Positions 31,901 to 38,290 of a DNA stretch of 64,000 nucleotides are shown here, one piece after another (position 1 is the stretch's first letter; the number at the start of each line of letters is the position of its first letter). Below the pieces are notes generated by a model. The model did no database searches. It was not told where the DNA came from and worked only from the letters and a program-made list of their open reading frames with translations. Origin of the DNA: an uncultured Aquiluna sp. (GTDB lineage: Bacteria > Actinomycetota > Actinomycetes > Actinomycetales > Microbacteriaceae); assembly GCA_913775595.1 (NCBI GenBank), contig CAJYLB010000001.1, positions 186,001-250,000 on the forward strand. The letters are read 5' to 3'. The position numbers were made by a program, and so were the translations under genes.

Positions 31901-32023
31901 ATTGAGCGCTGCCAGGCGAGCTTCTTCTATGCATCAACCGGAGAAGAGCTAATGCCTGATCTTCCCTCAGAGGCTGAGCTCGCCAGGCGGTTGAGTGAAT
32001 TTAGAAAAGTTCGTCCAGGCTAG
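28979..32023 (+). CDS. adnB: AdnB helicase-nuclease subunit (UvrD motor + RecB-like nuclease)
   Basis: AGAGSGKT, TFTKKAA, DEYQD, GDPNQAIYGWRGA, TIHSAKGLEW and EERRLAYVGITRA; nuclease KLDAVF, VDWKSG and QLALY. Confidence 0.92.
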   Translation: MAKVSAAQIYAVLSGNSLTDEQRAIVEKASLVEPSLVIAGAGSGKTELMMVRILYLVANGHATPEQILGLTFTKKAAAELSARVQQGLIKLRESSLWPTGLEEDFLPAKIVTYNSFGNEIFRSLALEIGFEADAKLITDAASTALCKELLDNASLDEFPLLEGWELTSGTLLGAVLKAAGSMTDNRVSASEVHEYWDGFAAHLASIPKNEKQAGRYAYTQDFLDAADNNKLIFELAERYRDLKRERNLVDFSDQVALALQALESVEFQLDYRFVMLDEYQDTSNIQTALLARLFRNLPVMAVGDPNQAIYGWRGASSENLANFQRDFGGGETFTLSVSWRSGAEILDAANQIAAKIPASGLTPISLTSGLGNNSSVSASVFQDEVTEAETIARYLSEVLDSETSCAILCRTRASMKLYSQCLSEIGVNHEVTGLSGLVEEPEVADLIAILKVLVDPEAGAELMRIASGPKFRVAPADLVALSESARRLSKLREEVDDARPLTIVELIDEIDKPSNNAKLGLSEEGEARLKALSGLLRNLRRQLSLSPSEVAQLAIREFELDIELYAHSDAENPLLNLQAFLGRIVEYEAMAETLSLSGFVSWLELAREQERFEVPRSGSKRGVVQLMTIHSAKGLEWDVVVLPQFVEGTFPTGARGTGGQLEAGELPTSLRQDRASLPSLDYMAANTQQEFNKLNDAYKEQNRERQLIEERRLAYVGITRAASKLLITGSYFSRTATNPKELSRFRLELTDSGNLDAEIDQPGERPEFPERTLSWPFDPLGNRRDDWKSAAAEVSSSAPAGIEDVAELALLMEERERTGEILAQLPSRLSASAVVSLLADPKKFAASLIRPLPSEYSDAAALGTRFHASLEEAFLAGSELDFASWEEPEQKLGANFEGSRFAKLKPELVEAPIEFSIGGTVVVCKLDAVFLVDSIWHIVDWKSGKPPTTQSEIAERAIQLALYRIALSRHKEIPIERCQASFFYASTGEELMPDLPSEAELARRLSEFRKVRPG

Positions 32024-33080
32024 ATTGCCCGCCATCAAAGCTTTCAGTTGGTTCGGCCTGCTGCGGCTCTGAAGCTTCGTCCTCCAGATGATCCTCTGGC
32101 TCACTGGGGGCCGCAACTGAAGCCGTTGCAGCAGCTGCTCCGAGGCCAATGAAGCTGGCGGCCCTGAGGGACCGGAGAGACCCAGCGTCGAGCTGCTCCG
32201 CAAGATCTGTCAGCATTGCCTCGGCATCTGCGATTGAACTCGCTTCGCCGACTTCAACGCAGTGTGTTAGCCAGGTTGCCAGTTCGAGCTCTGAGTAGAG
32301 CTGGGCTCGCTGCTCGATATTTTCGTCCGCATTCTCACGGTTCGCTCTGTAGTGGAGGAGCGCATCTTCAAATGTCGATGGCAAAGCGCCCCCGGCAAGG
32401 TATTTCAAATCCTCTGCAGGGTCAGAGATTGAGAGCCTTGAAAAATCAGAAATGGCAACCACGCTCTGGTTCGAAACGAAGACGCTGTCCTGGCTTATCG
32501 AGCCGTGGGTGACGGTGGTGTGGAAGCGGAATAGCCCAACATCTTCGAGGGCTTCCTCCCATCGGGACAGCAGCTTGGCAGGAACGCGCCCAGTTGCCGC
32601 TGCCTTATCTAGCTCCTGAACTTTGGATTGCAAAACTGCCGTTGCGTCGTGTTCGACTAAGCCGTAGTCGCGAACCACAGCCGGGTCGAGTTTGTGAATT
32701 GTCGCTACAGCGGCGGCAAATGTTTGGGAGAAGGCACCGGGTGCATACCTCGAAAGATCCGGAGTCTGTCCCGACACAATAGTCATCACTACGGCACTGT
32801 TCCCGTCGCTGTCTGTGGTTGTGCCCACGATAGTTGGGACTTCAAAGCCCAGTTCTTCGCGAACCTTTGCAATGGCTTTTAGACCCATCAGCTGCTCAGC
32901 CTGCTCAGCTATGCCTGCAGTGGTTGCAGGGACAGAGAGGGTGTAGGGGTTGTCCTGCTCATCCCAAAGCTCGAGGATTTCAAGATCTGGGTTGTCAGGG
33001 ATGCGTCTAAAGTTCCGGAAGTTTTTTCCGGGAGCGGCGTCGGCCGCAAGCGCAGCTAAAATCAAGGCAGGTCGTCCCAC
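32001..33080 (-). CDS. Aminoglycoside/macrolide phosphotransferase-fold protein with a degenerate active site
   Basis: VPTIVG, ATIH, THGS, SDFS and SDPAEDL. GTG start at 33080 with a -10 hexamer 7 nt upstream. Confidence 0.8.
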   Translation of the reverse strand: MGRPALILAALAADAAPGKNFRNFRRIPDNPDLEILELWDEQDNPYTLSVPATTAGIAEQAEQLMGLKAIAKVREELGFEVPTIVGTTTDSDGNSAVVMTIVSGQTPDLSRYAPGAFSQTFAAAVATIHKLDPAVVRDYGLVEHDATAVLQSKVQELDKAAATGRVPAKLLSRWEEALEDVGLFRFHTTVTHGSISQDSVFVSNQSVVAISDFSRLSISDPAEDLKYLAGGALPSTFEDALLHYRANRENADENIEQRAQLYSELELATWLTHCVEVGEASSIADAEAMLTDLAEQLDAGSLRSLRAASFIGLGAAAATASVAAPSEPEDHLEDEASEPQQAEPTESFDGGQSSLDELF

Positions 33081-33146
33081 GTCACAAAGGTTAGACAACC
33101 GAATTACCGCGCGGCTGCATCGCCACGCACACACTTAGGATTCAAA

Positions 33147-34769
33147 TTGAGCGCTCAGAGTGGTAGTGACATCCTCAGTTCCTTGGATGCCCAGCAACTT
33201 GAGGCTGCAACAACCCTAAAAGGCCCAGTTCGCATCATTGCTGGACCCGGCAGCGGTAAGACGAGGACCGTCTCTCATCGGATTGCCCATGGAATCTCCA
33301 CGGGCTATTTCAACCCTCAAAAGGTCCTTGCTCTTACCTATACGAACCGTGCTGCTGCTGAGCTAAGACAGCGGCTACGAAGCCTTGGTGCGGGTTCGGT
33401 TCAGGTGAGAACCTTTCACGCCGCCGCGCTCTCTCAACTCCAATACTTCTGGCCGCAGCTAACGGGTTCGTCAGCGCCAAAGCTGCTCACGAACAAGCGT
33501 GCAATCCTGAAGGAGGCAGTGGGGAGCGGGGCAAAGCTCTCCGAGGCTCAGATCTCTGAGCTGGCATCTGAATTTGAGTATCTTCGATACTCGCTAACCG
33601 AGCTCGATGACTACCTAAAGTCCGGCAGACTCCCAAGCTTTGCAAGTGAAGAGAGCTTTGCGGAGTGGCAGAAAGCCTTCCAGTCCCTCAAGCAGGAGCG
33701 GAGGCTCATTGACTGGGAAGATGCTCTGCTTTTATGCACCGGGATGCTCAGAAATGAACCGCGCGCACTTTCACAATTTGAGCAGCAATACCGGCACTTC
33801 ACCGTGGACGAGTATCAAGACATTTCTCCGTTGCAACAGGGTCTCTTAGAGACCTGGCTTGGGGAGCGGGAAGAGCTATGTGTTGTCGGAGACCCCAGGC
33901 AGAACATCTATAGCTTTGCTGGATCTACAACAGAATTTCTCCTCGGATTCGATTCTCGATATCCCGGCTGCTCGAGCTTCGAGCTGACTACCAACTACCG
34001 TTCTGGTCCAGACATAGTCGATGCGGCAAATGGACTCTTCCCCGATAGTCCGATTATTGCCGCAAAGAAGGTCTCTGGCCTGGTAAGCCTTCGTAGCTAC
34101 CAGAACTCTCAGGAGGAGGCTCTTGCTGTTGCGGAGAGCGTGGCAAAGGCGGCAAAGAGCTCAAAGCTTTCCCGAATTGCAGTGTTGGCAAGAATCAATG
34201 CCCAGCTGGAGGTCGTGGAGTCGGAACTCAAAGGCCTAGGAATCGAGACTCAAGTAAGGGGCCAGGGAAGATTCTTTAGTCAGCCCAGGGTCATGCAAGC
34301 GCTCAGTGCTGTCAGGGCTCTGGCCCTAACAGAGCTGACCCAGCCACTTTTTGTCGAGGTCTCAAATATTCTTTCCTCGCTTGGTTGGGAGTCGCGGGGC
34401 GAGGGGAGAGACTGGTCCGAACTCAACTGGTTCATAGAGGTTCTTGATGAGCTCGGCAGCCCTTCGTTGGATGAATACATTCGAGAGTTAGATGAGAGAG
34501 AGCGCTCTGGTCACGAGCCTCAGCGCGAGGCAGTGTCACTCGCAACAATTCATGCGACCAAGGGCCTTGAGTGGGAGAGGGTGTTTCTGATTGGGGTAAA
34601 CGATGGTTTGTACCCGATATCTCACGCTAAGAGCCCGGAGCAACTGGAGGAGGAGAAGCGTCTTTTCTATGTAGGGCTGACCAGAGCCGAGACATACCTG
34701 GAGCTCTCCTCAACTTCAAAGTCCCCGAGTCCTTTCACGAAGCACTTGCTCGACAGCCACAGTTACTAG
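33147..34769 (+). CDS. uvrD2: ATP-dependent DNA helicase UvrD2-like (540 aa, short form)
   Basis: AGPGSGKT, RTFHAAAL, DEYQD, GDPRQNIYSFAG, NYRS, TIHATKGLEW and EEKRLFYVGLTRA. Confidence 0.88.
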   Translation: MSAQSGSDILSSLDAQQLEAATTLKGPVRIIAGPGSGKTRTVSHRIAHGISTGYFNPQKVLALTYTNRAAAELRQRLRSLGAGSVQVRTFHAAALSQLQYFWPQLTGSSAPKLLTNKRAILKEAVGSGAKLSEAQISELASEFEYLRYSLTELDDYLKSGRLPSFASEESFAEWQKAFQSLKQERRLIDWEDALLLCTGMLRNEPRALSQFEQQYRHFTVDEYQDISPLQQGLLETWLGEREELCVVGDPRQNIYSFAGSTTEFLLGFDSRYPGCSSFELTTNYRSGPDIVDAANGLFPDSPIIAAKKVSGLVSLRSYQNSQEEALAVAESVAKAAKSSKLSRIAVLARINAQLEVVESELKGLGIETQVRGQGRFFSQPRVMQALSAVRALALTELTQPLFVEVSNILSSLGWESRGEGRDWSELNWFIEVLDELGSPSLDEYIRELDERERSGHEPQREAVSLATIHATKGLEWERVFLIGVNDGLYPISHAKSPEQLEEEKRLFYVGLTRAETYLELSSTSKSPSPFTKHLLDSHSY

Positions 34770-35736
34770 AGCTTGCCTGGAAGGCAAGCAAGGATCCACC
34801 CCGATCAAGTCTTAGGGTGTGGCTCTCGAGTCTTTGGCTTTTATCGACGAAGTTGAGGATTTGGTTTGTCACCACGCCAGTTGCGAAAAGAGCCATGGCG
34901 ATGTCCTGATGTGATCTATCAATTGCCAGCAGCTGCGGGGCAATTGTCTTCCAACTCGAATCAGCCTCGAACCGTGCTTTTTCCCTGCATCCAAGGCAAG
35001 GTGTTTCGCCAGGGAACACCAAAGGTGAAATTTCTACGCCCTCCTCGTCGAAGCACATGGCAAGGTGGGGAACGTCTCTAGCCATCCAGGGTTGGTAAGA
35101 ATGCGGATTCACGATGTCGTCTGATATCAAAATCGCTACCGAGACCTTTTCGAGTGCCGAGGTGCGACGAGAGTGAAGTTCCACTCTTGTTGTCTCAAGC
35201 TGAGACTTTGCACTCAAAGCCCGAGGTTGGCCGATGCTGGATGTTGGATGCCCCAGCGGAAGGCAATCCCTGGGGCCTACTCTCACCTGATCAAGGGTTA
35301 GCAGCGTGCCTATCTCAGAGGCGGCCAGAGCTTTTGAAAGCACGAGTCCGGTGCGACCGAGCTCTTCGATGAATATCCGAGCGCTGCGTCTTCTCTGAAG
35401 TGCCTCGTCGAAGGTTGCATCGACGGAAAACAACCTTGAGAGCTCGGCAAACTTCGTACCAATCTGCGCCTTGGTGAGATCTGGTGGAAGCTTGCCGCTT
35501 GAGGTCAGCACAGGACCTAGACGACTAATTAGCTCCCTGGCAGGTCCTTCATCGATCTTTGCAATTTGTGGTAGAGCGGCTACCTGGCTGCAGGTTATAC
35601 CTGCCTCAAGGTAGTCAAGAAGTCTAAGCTCGGCCTCGGTCAGGCCCTGAAGTTTGAGCGGGTTCCTGTAGCCGTATTGCCTTATGTTGTCCGCGAGCCA
35701 GAGCCTCGCAAGCTTGGGGTTTATTTGGGTTGCCAC
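34735..35736 (-). CDS. ThiF/E1-like (TOMM C-protein-like) protein of unknown function
   Basis: Degenerate Rossmann segment RIFIEELGRTG..LSKALAASEIG, PLVFPGETPCLGC and C-terminal CGC; wHTH-like N-terminus. Confidence 0.72.
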   Translation of the reverse strand: MATQINPKLARLWLADNIRQYGYRNPLKLQGLTEAELRLLDYLEAGITCSQVAALPQIAKIDEGPARELISRLGPVLTSSGKLPPDLTKAQIGTKFAELSRLFSVDATFDEALQRRRSARIFIEELGRTGLVLSKALAASEIGTLLTLDQVRVGPRDCLPLGHPTSSIGQPRALSAKSQLETTRVELHSRRTSALEKVSVAILISDDIVNPHSYQPWMARDVPHLAMCFDEEGVEISPLVFPGETPCLGCREKARFEADSSWKTIAPQLLAIDRSHQDIAMALFATGVVTNQILNFVDKSQRLESHTLRLDRGGSLLAFQASSSNCGCRASAS

Positions 35737-35787
35737 CCGCGAAGTGTTGCAAAGATGCGGGGCACCCTTACTGCGTTGTTCACAGCC

Positions 35788-37077
35788 TTAGCCGTCAAGC
35801 AGTTTGCGGAGACCCTCATCAAAGTCGTCACCGGAGTGTTCCAGTCTCGCCAATAGAAGTGCTGGGTTGGAGATCTCCTCCACCGAAGGAAGTTGGTCGG
35901 GGTGGCTCCAGAGTTGGTCTCGCTTGTCGCCGAGCTTGGAAACTTCCTGCCACATGGCCTTCGCTTCACGTCTGAGCCTCGGTTGAAGTTCGAGGCCGAG
36001 CAAAATCGCGAACGTTTTCTCTGCCGCTCCCTCCGTAGCTCGCTTTCTTGATGCCAGTTCAACAACACTTGATATTGTCGGGAGCCGCTTGCCAGCCTCC
36101 TCGGCAACTGCATCCGCCCAGCCGTCGATAAGGGCAAGCATTGTCTCTATCCTTACGAGTGCAGTCTCTTGCTCATCCGTCCTCTGGCTCATCATTGCGG
36201 TTGCCTCCATGACCCTATTCATGGAGTCTGGATCCTGAGGATCAATCTGCTCGACCATCTCCTGAAGACCCGAAATCTCGACCCGCAGCCCTGATGCAAA
36301 TTCTCTGACCTGGGTCGTTATCTGATCTTTGAGCCAGCGGTTGGAGGCGTAGAGGTAGGAGATAGCTAGCTCCCTGATTGCCAGATAGATCACAATCTCA
36401 GACTTGGGCGTCTCGATGTCCTTGATGAACTCACCAACGTTTTGCGTGACCAAGCCGGGCCTCGGTGAGATTGGAATTCCAATCTCACTCGCGGAAAGGG
36501 TTTGGGTTGAGAGTTTGCCCATTGCCTGCCCCAGTTGCATGGCGAAAATTGCGGCACCAGCATTTCCTATGAATTTGCTCGCGGGGCCGAGGAGATTCGA
36601 TAGCTCCTCCGGCATTGCCTCGACAATGTTCTCGCTGAGCGCCTTTGCCATGCTGCTAGCCACAGGCTCGCTCAGTTCTGCAAACAGCGGCATCGCATCC
36701 TGCACCCAGACGCTGCGCCTGAGAAGCTTCGGCTGCTCTGAGTTTGAGAATTGAGTCACCTCGGAAAGCCAAAGTCTTGCTATCTCGAAAGCATTAGAAA
36801 TCTCGGTCTCTAGGTTTGTGAGGTCGGAAGCCTCTTCTTTCTTGGCAATCTCAAGGGCCTGGTTCTCCGCCATCTTCCAGTTGATTGGGCCGTCCGAATC
36901 CGACATCAGGTTCCTCAGCTGGGAGAACATCTGACCCATCATTGCTGGGTTAGCTCCGAGACCTGCAATCTTGGAGATCGCTTCTGGGTCGATTTGCCCG
37001 CTTGAGAGCATCCGCTTGACCAATTCCTCGAGCTCTTCGCGGCTCGAGTTGTCCTTGTTCGAGTCCTCTTCGCTCAC
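35788..37077 (-). CDS. DUF2342 zinc-metalloprotease-like protein
   Basis: GPINW, IFAMQLGQAMGKL, LALIDGW, R.A.EG.AEKTF..LLGLELQPR and WSHPDQLP; GGAGG SD before GTG 37077. Confidence 0.85.
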   Translation of the reverse strand: MSEEDSNKDNSSREELEELVKRMLSSGQIDPEAISKIAGLGANPAMMGQMFSQLRNLMSDSDGPINWKMAENQALEIAKKEEASDLTNLETEISNAFEIARLWLSEVTQFSNSEQPKLLRRSVWVQDAMPLFAELSEPVASSMAKALSENIVEAMPEELSNLLGPASKFIGNAGAAIFAMQLGQAMGKLSTQTLSASEIGIPISPRPGLVTQNVGEFIKDIETPKSEIVIYLAIRELAISYLYASNRWLKDQITTQVREFASGLRVEISGLQEMVEQIDPQDPDSMNRVMEATAMMSQRTDEQETALVRIETMLALIDGWADAVAEEAGKRLPTISSVVELASRKRATEGAAEKTFAILLGLELQPRLRREAKAMWQEVSKLGDKRDQLWSHPDQLPSVEEISNPALLLARLEHSGDDFDEGLRKLLDG

Positions 37078-37152
37078 TGGGCACCTCCAACTGCTTTTCA
37101 CGCTATCGCTTCGAGCTCAGAATCTGCTGGTAATCAGCTATTACTTGAGGGT

Positions 37153-37166
37153 GTTCGCCAAGGGCG
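37153..37166. promoter_or_regulatory. ClgR-type operator (GTTCGC-N5-GCG)
   Basis: GTTCGC-CAAGG-GCG in the divergent intergenic region between the zincin-like and PDZ-Lon genes. Confidence 0.55.
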
Positions 37167-37214
37167 TGAGCGGCCAGCAGGTTATTTGAAGGTTGACTAC
37201 CTAGCATTGAAGCA

Positions 37215-38276
37215 ATGTCCTTTTTCACCTCCAGACCGCGCCCGCCCAAGGGCTCTGGTCGTTGGATACTGCTGTCGCTTGCAGTAATCACTCTGGGTTC
37301 AATGGTGGTCCTGCCCACGGGCTACGTAATTGAGCGTCCAGGTCAGGTTTTCAATGTGATGGGCGAAATATCTGGACAGAAGGTAATCAGCTCTTCGGAT
37401 CTTGAGGTCTACGAGTCTGAGTCGAGATTTGATGTCACCACGGTCTCGCTCCTAGGAAATAGAGAGTCAACTCCAAGTTGGGTACAGGTGTTGTGGGCAT
37501 GGGCGGACCCTGAGCAGATAGTTCTGCCGCTCGATGAGGTTTACCCCCCAAACCTAACCACAGCGGAGATTCGGGCTGAGAGTACAGCTCAGATGGAGGT
37601 GTCTCAGCAGGACGCCATCGCAGCAGCACTGTCTGAGATGGGCTATCAGATCCCAAGGACCCTGTATGTTGCCTCGGTTATTGCTGACGCCCCTTCATCT
37701 GGCATCTTGGTGGCAGGAGATTTTGTTGTCAGTGCCGGTGGCATGGACGTTTCAACATTTGACGAGCTGAAGAGCCAGATTCAACTATCTGAGGGCTCAC
37801 CAATTGTGATTGAGGTGGTGAGAGACGGGCAGCCGAGATCGCTTGAAATCACTCCAGAGAAGCGAGAGACCGACTGGGTAATTGGAGCCATGGTTGGCTA
37901 CACCTACGACTTTCCAGTGGATATTCAGCTTCAACTAGGAGATGTCGGCGGTCCATCGGGAGGTCTCATGTTTTCCCTGGGCATCTTGGATGCGCTCAGT
38001 GAAGGTTCAATGGCTGGGAGCCTGCACGTATCGGGGACGGGAACAATCACTGCCGCTGGAGAGGTCGGCCCAATTGGAGGGGTTGGACTCAAGATGATCG
38101 CCGCGAAGAACTCAGGAGCGGACCTGTTTTTGGTGCCCGAGGGTAACTGCGAAGAGGCAATTGGGCAGATTCCCGAGGGATTGGCTGTTGCAACAGTGAG
38201 AGACTTGAACGAGGCGCTCGGTGCAATCGACGCGCTGCGGGATGGAAACCAGCTACCAAGCCTTAGCTGCAACTAA
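37215..38276 (+). CDS. Membrane-anchored PDZ + Lon (S16) protease-domain protein (YlbL-like)
   Basis: N-terminal TM, PDZ segment, GGPSGGLMF (catalytic Ser), GTGTI and PIGGVGLK (catalytic Lys). Confidence 0.9.
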   Translation: MSFFTSRPRPPKGSGRWILLSLAVITLGSMVVLPTGYVIERPGQVFNVMGEISGQKVISSSDLEVYESESRFDVTTVSLLGNRESTPSWVQVLWAWADPEQIVLPLDEVYPPNLTTAEIRAESTAQMEVSQQDAIAAALSEMGYQIPRTLYVASVIADAPSSGILVAGDFVVSAGGMDVSTFDELKSQIQLSEGSPIVIEVVRDGQPRSLEITPEKRETDWVIGAMVGYTYDFPVDIQLQLGDVGGPSGGLMFSLGILDALSEGSMAGSLHVSGTGTITAAGEVGPIGGVGLKMIAAKNSGADLFLVPEGNCEEAIGQIPEGLAVATVRDLNEALGAIDALRDGNQLPSLSCN

Positions 38277-38290
38277 CTAGGAGAGATACA

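Noticed and set aside
32001..33080. Antibiotic resistance gene (aph/mph)
   Set aside because: The catalytic Asp is missing and the location is core chromosome.
26095..34769. Anti-phage helicase-nuclease system
   Set aside because: Architecture and context match housekeeping AdnAB and UvrD2.
34735..35736. TOMM/RiPP biosynthetic cluster
   Set aside because: No YcaO, dehydrogenase, precursor peptide or exporter in the window; the flanking genes are core.
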